From positions 323,919-387,918 of the forward strand of contig NZ_CBDCOT010000008.1 in the NCBI RefSeq assembly GCF_965219885.1: a stretch of DNA of 64,000 bases. Reading direction: 5' to 3'. The notes beneath the pieces were generated by a model. The model saw only the letters and a program-made list of their open reading frames with translations, did no database searches and was not told the DNA's origin. The stretch is from Curvivirga sp. Lineage in GTDB: Bacteria > Pseudomonadota > Alphaproteobacteria > UBA8366 > Aestuariispiraceae. Within the stretch, counting starts at the first letter, position 1; each line of letters opens with the position of its first letter. Below are positions 1 to 10,540 of this stretch, in pieces. Position numbers and translations under genes: made by a program.

Positions 1-258
1 ATCACCGAACTCTTGGATTGATACATCGCCCAAACCAAGACCACCTAGCTGACGACGCATGGAGGTTACATCTGCAGGACCATTTGTCTCTGCCTCAATC
101 AGGATACCACCTAAGAAATCAATACCTAGATTTAAACCATTAACAGCAAAAGAACCAATAGAAGCCACAATCAAAAATGCAGAAAACACGAATGCAGCAA
201 TACGCTTTGAAGCAAAATTAAAGCTCGGTGTTTCAGGGATAAGTTTCAATAATCTCAT
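1..258 (-). CDS. secF: SecF protein-export membrane protein, N-terminal part (gene runs off the window start)
   Basis: Reverse translation from the ATG at 258 gives MRLLKLIPETPSFNFASKRIAAFVFSAFLIVASIGSF...GIDFLGG, a SecF-type N-terminus. It lies 17 nt downstream of the secD stop, with a GGGAGA RBS. It is absent from the ORF track because it is truncated. Confidence 0.8.
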   Translation of the reverse strand, partial: MRLLKLIPETPSFNFASKRIAAFVFSAFLIVASIGSFAVNGLNLGIDFLGGILIEAETNGPADVTSMRRQLGGLGLGDVSIQEFGD

Positions 259-275
259 TTTCTTTCTCCCTTTCA

Positions 276-1856
276 TTACAATGGCAATGTCTTAGGTTTC
301 TTTTTTGTGTACCAAGTCACAACTAAGAAACGTGTTACCATAATCGCTGTGAACATTGAGGTTAAGATACCTATACTTAATGTTACAGCGAAACCTTTAA
401 TCGGGCCTGCACCAAATGCGAATAGAAGAATCGCTGCTATCAATGTTGTTAGGTTAGAATCAACAATTGTTGTCAATGCACGTTTATAACCCGCCTCAAT
501 AGCCGCACCGATCTTCTGGCCAGATTTGAACTCTTCGCGAATACGTTCAAAGATCAATACATTGGCATCAACTGCCATACCAATGGTCAATACGATCCCC
601 GCAATACCCGGTAAAGTCAGCGTTGCCTGCAAAGTAGACAAGGCCGCAATGATCAAAGAAATATTGAACACGAGTGCCACATTTGCCAATAAGCCAAACA
701 ACCCGTAACTTGCCGCCATATAGATAATCACACCAATCAAACCAATGATTGACGCAATAGTTCCCGCATCAATAGAATCTTGTCCAAGACCAGGCCCGAC
801 AGAACGTTCCTCAAGAATAGTTAATGGCGCAGGCAAAGCCCCTGCACGTAACAGCAATGACAGTTCATTGGTTTCTGTAACAGTAAAGTTACCTGTAATA
901 ATACCGCTACCACCTGGGATAGGGCTTTGAATTTCCGGAGCAGAGATCACTTTCCCATCTAGAACAATTGCGAATGGGAAACCTACATTTTCCGCAGTAA
1001 CCTGCGCAAATTTACGACCACCTACAGCATCAAATTGAAAACTCACAGCTGGACGATTAGCCTGATCAAAGGACGGAGACGCATTCGTTAAATGTTCACC
1101 GCTTACACGGACACGTTTTTCAACCAAATACATCTGTACAGGATTTCCGTTCTCATCTTCTTCGATAGAAGGTAACAAAACAGATCCTGGAGGAACGCGG
1201 CCTGCAATGGCGTCTGATAAAGAATTACGCACATCTACCATTTGGAAGGTCATCTTGGCTGTCTTACCAACCTTTCGTTTAACTTCTTCTGTATCTTCGG
1301 CGCCTGGCACCTGAACCAAAATACGATCTTCACCTTGGCGTTGGATCACCGGTTCTTTGGTACCATCTTCATCAATACGGCGGCGAATAACTTCAATGGA
1401 CTGCGAAACGGCATTATCAACTTCAGCCTTCAAATCTTGCTCGGATAAGCTAAGAGCAAAACTTCCTTCGGAAACCTCATCAATCAATAAACGATTGTCA
1501 ATCTCACGGATCAATTCGCGAAAACGATCTGATTGTGTTGCATCACGCAATGTTACCATTGCACTGTTATTTCTTACACCCAATCCGCTATAACGCAAAC
1601 GCTCCTGACGTAATGTTACGCGCATTTCTGCCACAACATTTTCCATGCGTTCTTTCAAAACCTGTTCAGTTTCTACTTTGAATAACAGATGCGCCCCACC
1701 TTGAAGATCAAGGCCAAGGTTTACAGTTTTGCCTGGTAACCAGCTTGGAACACCAGCAAATGTGCCTGCAGGCATAAAGTTTGGAACTGCGTAAAGCACA
1801 CTTAATAGGCATACAATACCAACCAGTGCTTTTTTCCAAAGAGGGAAATTTAACAT
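276..1856 (-). CDS. secD: SecD protein-export membrane protein
   Basis: 526 aa with an N-terminal TM helix, a large periplasmic domain and C-terminal TM bundle (GIAGIVLTIGMAVDANVLIFERIREE). Sits in the yajC-secD-secF order. Confidence 0.95.
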   Translation of the reverse strand: MLNFPLWKKALVGIVCLLSVLYAVPNFMPAGTFAGVPSWLPGKTVNLGLDLQGGAHLLFKVETEQVLKERMENVVAEMRVTLRQERLRYSGLGVRNNSAMVTLRDATQSDRFRELIREIDNRLLIDEVSEGSFALSLSEQDLKAEVDNAVSQSIEVIRRRIDEDGTKEPVIQRQGEDRILVQVPGAEDTEEVKRKVGKTAKMTFQMVDVRNSLSDAIAGRVPPGSVLLPSIEEDENGNPVQMYLVEKRVRVSGEHLTNASPSFDQANRPAVSFQFDAVGGRKFAQVTAENVGFPFAIVLDGKVISAPEIQSPIPGGSGIITGNFTVTETNELSLLLRAGALPAPLTILEERSVGPGLGQDSIDAGTIASIIGLIGVIIYMAASYGLFGLLANVALVFNISLIIAALSTLQATLTLPGIAGIVLTIGMAVDANVLIFERIREEFKSGQKIGAAIEAGYKRALTTIVDSNLTTLIAAILLFAFGAGPIKGFAVTLSIGILTSMFTAIMVTRFLVVTWYTKKKPKTLPL

Positions 1857-1916
1857 GCGAATATTTCCGTATTATTTTCGCCAAATCAATGATCAGATCA
1901 TACTTTAATGCTGACC

Positions 1917-1953
1917 AGAAAGAAAAACAGGGCAGATATTATATCTACCCTGT
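1917..1953 (-). terminator. Hairpin plus T-tract between yajC and secD (possible attenuator or partial terminator)
   Basis: 13-bp inverted repeat ACAGGGCAGATAT/ATATCTACCCTGT (one mismatch) at 1927-1953. On the minus strand it is followed by TTTTCTTTCT. Confidence 0.45.
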
Positions 1954-1970
1954 TTCAGAATGAAGACAGA

Positions 1971-2366
1971 TTAGTCTTTCTTTTTACCGAACAAGCCGCC
2001 CAAGCCGCTCTTTTTCTCTTCGGCTGCTGGTGCAGCATCATTTGCTGGCTCAGTTTTAGAAAGAACGTCCATGATTGTCGCAGAAGCAACTTTCACTTTT
2101 ACACCTTCTGCAATCTCAACTTGAATTTCGGTATCACTGATAATTTTTGTTACCGTACCGTAAAAACCACCACCTGTGATAATTTTGTCGCCACGACGTA
2201 CTGCAGATAATTTTTGTTGATGAGCTTTTTGTTTCTTTTGTTGAGGACGAATCAACAAGAAATAGAAAACAACAAAAATCAAAATCAATGGCAAAAAGGC
2301 GCCAAACATGTCGCCGCCAGCTGCACCACCCGCTGCCTGTGCGTATGCAGAAGAAATCATACTCAT
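1971..2366 (-). CDS. yajC: Preprotein translocase subunit YajC
   Basis: 131 aa containing FLPLILIFVVFYFLLIRPQQKKQK...GDKIITGGGFYGTV, the characteristic YajC core. Lies directly upstream of secD. Confidence 0.9.
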   Translation of the reverse strand: MSMISSAYAQAAGGAAGGDMFGAFLPLILIFVVFYFLLIRPQQKKQKAHQQKLSAVRRGDKIITGGGFYGTVTKIISDTEIQVEIAEGVKVKVASATIMDVLSKTEPANDAAPAAEEKKSGLGGLFGKKKD

Positions 2367-2670
2367 TACTCCAAAGAGATATTATTTATAGCTATTTAAT
2401 CTGGTAAATCTTCTGTTAATTTCAATCCCAAAACCTGAATGATTGAATCATCAAAAAAAACCAGAACCGCCGGACTATACAACCCCGATACGATTATGCA
2501 ATCTTTCAAGCAGAAATATCTGTGTAAAAGTGCCGTTTTCTGCCTTATGAGGTCAATTTCCCAGCTTTTTCCAGCAAGGAATGACTTATATCCGACCTCT
2601 ACCTCTTGTCTTGGAATGTTACCCGTTTTAACTTGCCTGCCAATAAAACAACGCCATCAAGGAAAGAATC

Positions 2671-3528
2671 ATGGGTGTATCAAAACTTTTACCGACCTTA
2701 ACACGCATCGCTGAGGCTTTGGATCGTCTGGCCCCTACAGCTGTAAAAGTTTCTGATCTAAAAGAGACAGATGCATATGTTTGGCATGCGGACCCAATGG
2801 GGCTTGAACCAGTTGAGCGAGTGAATCGAGTAGATTTTGATCTTCTATGCGGTATTCACTCACAAAAAGAACAGCTTTTGGAAAATACCAAACGTTTCGC
2901 AAATGGATTACCTGCTAATAATGCCTTACTATGGGGAGCCAAAGGTACTGGAAAAAGTTCAATTGTGAAGGCAGTTCATGATCGCATCAACACAGAAATG
3001 CCGGGCAGCCTCAAACTTGTAGAAATCCATCGTGAAGATATCCCTACTCTGCCCAGCTTACTTTCAATTCTTAAAAAATCCAAAAAACAATGCATCCTAT
3101 TCTGCGATGACCTTTCTTTTGATGCCCAAGACGATGCCTATAAATCCCTGAAGGCTGTGTTAGAGGGAGGTATTGAAGGTCGGCCAGATAACGTTATTTT
3201 TTATGCAACCTCCAATCGACGTCATTTAATGGCACGTGACATGATTGAAAATGAACGTTCAACAGCAATCAATCCTTCCGAAGCTATTGAGGAAAACGTC
3301 TCTTTATCAGATCGCTTTGGATTATGGTTAGGCTTCCACAATTGTAATCAAGATACATATTTCGAAATGATCCGTGGGTATGTTGAAGCATATAATTTAG
3401 GCGTCAATGAAGAAGAGTGGAAACCCAAGGCCATTGAATGGACAGTCACCCGCGGTGCGCGTTCAGGCCGTGTTGCATGGCAATTCGTTCAGGATTTAGC
3501 AGGATCCTTAGGTAAACATTTACGGTAA
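2671..3528 (+). CDS. DUF815-type AAA ATPase of unknown function
   Basis: 285 aa with Walker A (LLWGAKGTGKSS), Walker B-like ILFCDDLSF and YATSNRRHL. This layout matches the DUF815 ATP-binding family. Divergent from yajC. Confidence 0.75.
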   Translation: MGVSKLLPTLTRIAEALDRLAPTAVKVSDLKETDAYVWHADPMGLEPVERVNRVDFDLLCGIHSQKEQLLENTKRFANGLPANNALLWGAKGTGKSSIVKAVHDRINTEMPGSLKLVEIHREDIPTLPSLLSILKKSKKQCILFCDDLSFDAQDDAYKSLKAVLEGGIEGRPDNVIFYATSNRRHLMARDMIENERSTAINPSEAIEENVSLSDRFGLWLGFHNCNQDTYFEMIRGYVEAYNLGVNEEEWKPKAIEWTVTRGARSGRVAWQFVQDLAGSLGKHLR

Positions 3529-3530
3529 CG

Positions 3531-4550
3531 CTAACTTAAAAACTTCATTGGATTTAAAGTTTTACGACCTTTACGAATTTGAAAATGTAATTGAGGACGG
3601 TCAACGCTACCGGTACTTCCAACTTTTGCGATGACTTGACCTCGACGCACTTTATCACCACGTTTCACCAGCATATCGCCAGTATGGGCATAAGCACTAA
3701 TATAACCATCAGCATGCTTCACAAGAATAAGGTTGCCGAACCCTCCTTGCTGGTTTCCTGTATAGGCGACAACGCCGTTTTCAGCAGCTTTTACGGAAGT
3801 TCCCCGAGGCGCAGCAATATTAATCCCATCATTAAACAGACCTTTCGCTTTCGGTCCATAACTTGATATCACCCGGCCGCGAACCGGCATTAAGAACTTA
3901 GAGCTAGATCTTGGTGTCGGCTGGGAAATTTGATTATGGCTAGCAGTACGTGTTGTAATGCGAGGTTCGGACGGTTTGGCTGTCGGTCTAGGCCACCCAC
4001 CGGATGTTTGTGTAACTTTAGCAGCAGGCGTTTCAGGAACAATCACAGCCGATTTAGGTTGATCTGTCTTAACTTCAGCCTGCTTAGGTATACCACTTCT
4101 TGGAATAGCTAAACGTTGTCCCACATAAATTGTATAGGGTTCAGCTAAATTGTTCGCCCTTACAATACTTGAAGCAGAGACATTCTGGCTTTTGGCAATT
4201 TTCCAAACGGAATCACCTTTTTTAACAACGTAAAATCCGCCTGCAGGAATAATTAATTTCTGTCCATTTGATAGCTTATAAGGCGGACGTAAATTATTAC
4301 GCTTTACGATTGTCTGGATGTCCACCCCATAAGCGCGAGATATTGAATAGAGTGTCTCACCTTTTGTTACTGTATGGGTGCCATATTGTGGTGCCTGTGA
4401 TGATCCACCAGAACTACCGGTTCCTCTATCACCGCCATAGATAGTAATATCGCGTCCAGGATCAGCTGCACAGGCTGTTAAAAACAACCCTACAAGCAGA
4501 ATAAGACCACGAATCTGGCATTTCTGAAAAAATGTGCGATCAACCATCAT
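3531..4550 (-). CDS. nlpD: NlpD-like lipoprotein: two LysM domains plus a degenerate M23/LytM domain
   Basis: Lipobox LFLTAC. Two LysM repeats (HTVTKGETLYSISRAYGV..., YVVKKGDSVWKIAKSQNV...). The C-terminal LytM fold has NDGINI in place of HxGxD and QLHFQI in place of HLHFE. Sits downstream of pcm, as in the classical pcm-nlpD pair. Confidence 0.85.
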   Translation of the reverse strand: MMVDRTFFQKCQIRGLILLVGLFLTACAADPGRDITIYGGDRGTGSSGGSSQAPQYGTHTVTKGETLYSISRAYGVDIQTIVKRNNLRPPYKLSNGQKLIIPAGGFYVVKKGDSVWKIAKSQNVSASSIVRANNLAEPYTIYVGQRLAIPRSGIPKQAEVKTDQPKSAVIVPETPAAKVTQTSGGWPRPTAKPSEPRITTRTASHNQISQPTPRSSSKFLMPVRGRVISSYGPKAKGLFNDGINIAAPRGTSVKAAENGVVAYTGNQQGGFGNLILVKHADGYISAYAHTGDMLVKRGDKVRRGQVIAKVGSTGSVDRPQLHFQIRKGRKTLNPMKFLS

Positions 4551-4602
4551 AACAATATTTTACGCTAACCTGTTATTTCTACAAGTTAATTAAAATTTAG
4601 AA

Positions 4603-5247
4603 CTAGCCGCCAGTAGGCAACCCTCCGACCAGAGGTACAAAACGAACAGGTCCCATGTCTTCCACATCAATACCTGATTCGGTTTTAGTGACTTTCAATA
4701 AATCTTGATGATCTTCAACGGCTCCGATTGGCACAATCATAATCCCACCTACAGTTAGCTGATCAATTAAGACTGGTGGAATATCTTCCGCCGCCGCCGT
4801 TACCATAATTCGTTCAAACGGTGCTTGTTCTGGCCATCCACGCCCGCCATCTCCACGCATCGTAGTAATGTTATACGCCCGAAGAGATTGAAATCTCTTT
4901 TCTGCCTGTTGCATCAATAACCTATGTCGTTCGATCGTAAACAAACGACGACAAAGTTTAGATAAGATATACGCCTGATAACCGGATCCTGTCCCGATTT
5001 CCAGAACCTTATGGCGGCTATGAACTTCTAAGGCTTCCGTCATCTTAGCAACGACTAGTGGTTGACTGATTGTTTGGCCACGATCAATTGGCAAAGCGGA
5101 ATTTTCATAAGCATGATTTTTAAAGGTCTCAGGAATGAACAATTCCCGAGGTGTTTCCGCAATCGCAGAAAGTACGGTTTCGTCAATGATACCGCCTTCC
5201 CGCAATGCTTCAATGAGTTTTGACTTTTCTGCCCTAAAGTCTGTCAT
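4603..5247 (-). CDS. pcm: Protein-L-isoaspartate O-methyltransferase
   Basis: 214 aa with QTISQPLVVAKMTE and the SAM motif VLEIGTGSGYQA. Classical position upstream of nlpD. Confidence 0.9.
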   Translation of the reverse strand: MTDFRAEKSKLIEALREGGIIDETVLSAIAETPRELFIPETFKNHAYENSALPIDRGQTISQPLVVAKMTEALEVHSRHKVLEIGTGSGYQAYILSKLCRRLFTIERHRLLMQQAEKRFQSLRAYNITTMRGDGGRGWPEQAPFERIMVTAAAEDIPPVLIDQLTVGGIMIVPIGAVEDHQDLLKVTKTESGIDVEDMGPVRFVPLVGGLPTGG

Positions 5248-5252
5248 TCGTC

Positions 5253-6539
<1,287 letters not shown>

Positions 6540-6764
6540 TTATTCTTTACATGTATTAGAAGGTTTTCGCCTGATTATAGCGAATCAAACCATGTTAGAA
6601 ACGTCTTGGTTATAGGCAAGCACCGCCTTTGAGACAACCTTCAATCCCCACATAAATCACGTTTTTCCGAAAGTGATGCAAAGGCGCATCAGCACAATAT
6701 TGTTCATATACAGTGTAGACACTCTGTTTGGTATTTTATCTGCCAATAATCTCACACTCTCTCA

Positions 6765-6795
6765 TACAAAAAAAGCGTAGCAAAAATGCTACGCT
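6765..6795 (-). terminator. Rho-independent terminator downstream of tatC
   Basis: Perfect 8-bp stem AGCGTAGC/GCTACGCT (6774-6781 / 6788-6795) with a 6-nt loop. The A-run at 6768-6773 reads as T6 after the hairpin on the minus strand. Confidence 0.75.
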
Positions 6796-6827
6796 CTTAT
6801 CTGTTTTTTGAAACTAAGCCTTCTATT

Positions 6828-7736
6828 TTATGGCCCCTCAGCCTCATCATGGGCTTTTATACGGGCTTCACGATCCAGAATTTCTTCAGGTTGTTCCCAT
6901 TCTGGCCCGGTTTCTTCCGGAGTGCTTTCCTGTAAATCCTCATCATCGTCATCATCATCAAGACCAAGTTCTTTTTCCCGCTCCGCCTTTTGCTTGTATA
7001 CAAGCACAGCAGATAAAATAGAAATCTCGTATAAAATGATAATTGGAATGGCCAAACCAATTTGGCTTAATGGATCAGGTGGTGTCAAAACCGCAGCAGC
7101 GACAAATGCCAATAGAATAGCATAACGACGTTTTTTGCGAAGGCCATCGGGTGTCGCTAAACCGATACGTGCTAACAACGTAAGCACGACTGGCAGTTCA
7201 AAACTAAAACCAAAAGCAAAAATCAAACGCATTACCAGCGAAAGATACTCGTTTGCCTTAGGTTCCAATTGAATATTCAACTCTCCAGCCTTACTAAGCT
7301 GTTCAAAACTAACGAAAAATTCCCATGCGGCAGGCAAAACAACGTAATAAACAAAAGCTGATCCCATCAAGAAGAGGATCGGCGTAGCGATCAAAAACGG
7401 TAAAAAGGCTGCTTTTTCATGCTTATAAAGGCCGGGTGCCATAAACATCCACACCTGCCCGGCAATAATTGGGAAAGAGACAAAGAAGCCTGCAAAAAAG
7501 GCAATTTTGATATCTACAAAGAACTTTTCATGCAATGCAGTATAAATGACACGACGACCTTCTTGCTGTACCCAAATCTGATTCAATGGTTCCAACAAAA
7601 AATTAAATATGTAGCCTGAGAAAGGGAACATCACGAAGAAGGATAACAGAAGAAAAACAACTGAAATCATCAGACGTTTTCTAAGTTCAGTTAAATGTTC
7701 TACCAATGGGGCTTTATCGCCTAAAGTATCGCTCAT
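6828..7736 (-). CDS. tatC: Twin-arginine translocase subunit TatC with an acidic C-terminal extension
   Basis: 302 aa with the LVEHLTELRKRL N-terminus and six TM segments. The tail after the last TM contains DDDDDDEDLQESTPEE. Confidence 0.95.
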   Translation of the reverse strand: MSDTLGDKAPLVEHLTELRKRLMISVVFLLLSFFVMFPFSGYIFNFLLEPLNQIWVQQEGRRVIYTALHEKFFVDIKIAFFAGFFVSFPIIAGQVWMFMAPGLYKHEKAAFLPFLIATPILFLMGSAFVYYVVLPAAWEFFVSFEQLSKAGELNIQLEPKANEYLSLVMRLIFAFGFSFELPVVLTLLARIGLATPDGLRKKRRYAILLAFVAAAVLTPPDPLSQIGLAIPIIILYEISILSAVLVYKQKAEREKELGLDDDDDDEDLQESTPEETGPEWEQPEEILDREARIKAHDEAEGP

Positions 7737-7773
7737 AATTTTTTCTTTTTCGCAATATTCAGTGTCAAGTTAT

Positions 7774-8136
7774 CTATGAAGTTTTAGCTTTTGAGGGTTC
7801 TGTTTTAGCCGCTTCTTCGGTATCCGCCTGCGCTTTACGCACATCTTGTTCCATATCTTTCATAGCTTTGTTGACGCTACCATCTGGATCCATCAGCTTT
7901 TCCATTTTTGCAGACACAGTTTCACTTTGTGCTTGCTCAACCTGTTTTTTGATATCTGCTAGATCAGCTTCACGGGCAATGTCTTCCATACTACTTTGAA
8001 AATCACCAGCCATCATACGTACTTTACGAATCAATCCCATGACTGTTCGCATCACACGTGGTAATTCTTTCGGGCCCACAACAATAATTGTTAAAACCCC
8101 AATAACCATCATTTCAGGCCAACCGATATCAAACAT
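7774..8136 (-). CDS. tatB: Twin-arginine translocase subunit TatB
   Basis: MFDIGWPEMMVIGVLTIIVVGPKELP, the TatA/B-type N-terminus. Position between tatA and tatC. Confidence 0.9.
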   Translation of the reverse strand: MFDIGWPEMMVIGVLTIIVVGPKELPRVMRTVMGLIRKVRMMAGDFQSSMEDIAREADLADIKKQVEQAQSETVSAKMEKLMDPDGSVNKAMKDMEQDVRKAQADTEEAAKTEPSKAKTS

Positions 8137-8223
8137 AATAAATGCTTTCCAAGATCTTCTTCAACGCAGAATCATATAAATCCAAATGACAAAGGCCCAA
8201 TAAATTGGGCCTTAATCAAACTG

Positions 8224-8460
8224 TTAACCTTGTGCAGATTTATCTTTGGATTCTGTTGTATCAGCCGCTTCGCTTTTTTCAGAAATTTGTTTTGCGTCAT
8301 CGCTATCAGAAGAAGCTGTCTCTTCCTTGATGTTCTTCTTGAAAGATTTCAAACCTTTACCGAAATCACCCATAATACCGGAAATTTTGCCTTTTCCGCC
8401 GAAAAGAACAAGTACAACAACAAGAACAATAACCCAGTGCCAAATACTAAACGCACCCAT
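8224..8460 (-). CDS. tatA: Twin-arginine translocase subunit TatA
   Basis: 78 aa, [42 protein letters not shown]. Confidence 0.9.
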   Translation of the reverse strand: MGAFSIWHWVIVLVVVLVLFGGKGKISGIMGDFGKGLKSFKKNIKEETASSDSDDAKQISEKSEAADTTESKDKSAQG

Positions 8461-8703
8461 ATTTAAAAACCTCCAAGAAGGATTTTCGAAAAGAGATATT
8501 CGAAAAATCTAAACTTAATTTCTTACAATACAAAAGGTCGAAACCTTCTTTCTCCCTACTTGCAGGGATCATTACAGAAGCGACCGGACCTCGCAATGCC
8601 TGATATAGTAAAAAGAGGAAAAATTTCAATTTTTTTAGAGGAACGCACTCAATCAAGGTTGGATTTAACCTGACTCGATCTCAGATAGATCAAAATAGCA
8701 GAA

Positions 8704-9789
8704 TTAGGTCACTGTTTTTGGATAAACGAAAACCTGACTTTGATTGATTTCCATCTTTTGAATGCTACCTTCTTCTGGCAGGTATTCCCCGGCCACACGT
8801 GCATGTAAATGGATATCGTTACCTGTCGTAGTACAAGTACATAAATGAATCAAACTCGCACGACCTAATAATCTCGACGCTAATACTTTCGCATATCCAA
8901 TCCCTACACTATCCGGATCAGCAGGTATTAGATTGATCGCTTCAGGTCTAATGATAACTTCGGCGGTGCCTGTTTCCATTGGCAAATCTACTTTAAAGTT
9001 ACCTAGAGCAGTATGAACTTCATTATCGTAGATATCACACATTAAGCGGTTCACATCGCCAAAGAATTCAGCAACGAACGAATTTACAGGTTGATTATAG
9101 AGTTCTGATGGTGTGCCCATCTGAACAATTTCACCCTGATACATAACAGCAATACGATCCGCCATATACATGGCCTCTTCTGCATCATGTGTCACCATCA
9201 AAGCTGCGGCGCCAGCATTTTTTAAAACATGTAACGTACGATCCCTTACCTGATCACGCAAACGCGCATCAAGACCGGAAAATGGCTCATCCAACAATAT
9301 CAATTCAGGTTTACGGGCCATAGCACGTGCAAGAGCCACGCGTTGTTGTTGCCCGCCAGACAACATATGAGGATAAGAATTGACATAATCTGCCATTCCA
9401 ACTTGTTCTAGGCTCTCAGAGACTCTTTGTTCTTGTTCAGGTTTCGATAGCTTATCAATACCAAAAGCAACATTTTTCCCAACAGTTAAATGTGGAAATA
9501 AGGCGTAATCTTGAAACACCAAACCTACATTACGTTCTTCAGGCGGTTTACAATTTTGTGCGTCTGCAACCAGCTTACCACCAACAAAAACGGTACCATC
9601 AACGGGTTGTTCAAGGCCCGCTGCTAAACGTAAAGCAGTTGTTTTACCACATCCGCTTGGTCCAAGAAGGCATACAACTTCGCCAGCTTCTATAGTTAAA
9701 GAAACATCACGTACTGCAGTCACATTACCATAAGAATGACGTAAGTTTTTAAAACTCAACGCGAGCTTGTCGGAATTTAGATTTGTCAT
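8704..9789 (-). CDS. ABC transporter ATP-binding protein (FbpC/PotA/CysA-like importer ATPase with a C-terminal regulatory domain); no partner genes nearby
   Basis: Walker A GPSGCGKTT, signature LSGGQQQRVALARA and Walker B LILLDEPFSGLD. A C-terminal extension of about 110 aa looks TOBE-like. Confidence 0.85.
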   Translation of the reverse strand: MTNLNSDKLALSFKNLRHSYGNVTAVRDVSLTIEAGEVVCLLGPSGCGKTTALRLAAGLEQPVDGTVFVGGKLVADAQNCKPPEERNVGLVFQDYALFPHLTVGKNVAFGIDKLSKPEQEQRVSESLEQVGMADYVNSYPHMLSGGQQQRVALARAMARKPELILLDEPFSGLDARLRDQVRDRTLHVLKNAGAAALMVTHDAEEAMYMADRIAVMYQGEIVQMGTPSELYNQPVNSFVAEFFGDVNRLMCDIYDNEVHTALGNFKVDLPMETGTAEVIIRPEAINLIPADPDSVGIGYAKVLASRLLGRASLIHLCTCTTTGNDIHLHARVAGEYLPEEGSIQKMEINQSQVFVYPKTVT

Positions 9790-9838
9790 AGGTATTTTAT
9801 ATTGCGAAGCATTTGCAGATACAAGTCACGATTAAAAT

Positions 9839-10537
9839 TTAATCTTCAATGGCGATATCTTCTTCTAACTCAACAGCTTCATAATCATCTTCAAGTTCAA
9901 AGAGTTCATCTTGAAGATCTTGAAAATCTTCTTCCTCGTCCTCAGAACCATCAAAAGCAGCTTCACTTTGTTGCATCGCAATTGTGCCTAGTCCCGGTCG
10001 TGATTCTAACAATCCAGATGCGCGTAACTCTTCCATTCCAGGTAAATCACGTACCGTTTCCAAACCAAAGTGATCCAGGAAATTACCTGTTGTTCCCCAA
10101 GTTACTGGCCGTCCGGGCGTTTGACGCCGTCCTTTTGGCTTAATCCAATTGGCCTCAAGCAGAATATCCATTGTCCCCTTGGACAAGGCGACGCCGCGAA
10201 TATCTTCAATTTCTGCGCGGGTAACGGGCTGATGATAGGCAATAATAGATAATGTCTCAATCGCTGCACGACTTAACTTTTTCTCAACTTCACGATTGAT
10301 GCTCATATAGCTGGAAAGATCATCCGCGGTTCGAAATGCCCATGCGCTTTCATTTTTTGAAATCTCAATGCGACGCAATTGTACACCACGATTGGCATAC
10401 ATAGATTGTAACTCTTGTAACAATCCATTCAAATCCGCATCAGATGGCATACGTTCCGCAAGTTGTTTCTCGCGAATTGGTTCTTGCGCAGCGAAAAGTA
10501 ATGCCTCTAGCAGGCGAATTTGTTCAAAACGATCCAA
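9839..10537 (-). CDS. scpB: Segregation and condensation protein B
   Basis: 232 aa with LLEALLFAAQEPI...SRAAIETLSIIAYHQPVTRAEIEDIRGV. The start lies 3 nt after the scpA stop. Acidic C-terminal tail. Confidence 0.9.
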   Translation of the reverse strand: MDRFEQIRLLEALLFAAQEPIREKQLAERMPSDADLNGLLQELQSMYANRGVQLRRIEISKNESAWAFRTADDLSSYMSINREVEKKLSRAAIETLSIIAYHQPVTRAEIEDIRGVALSKGTMDILLEANWIKPKGRRQTPGRPVTWGTTGNFLDHFGLETVRDLPGMEELRASGLLESRPGLGTIAMQQSEAAFDGSEDEEEDFQDLQDELFELEDDYEAVELEEDIAIED

Positions 10538-10540
10538 AGA

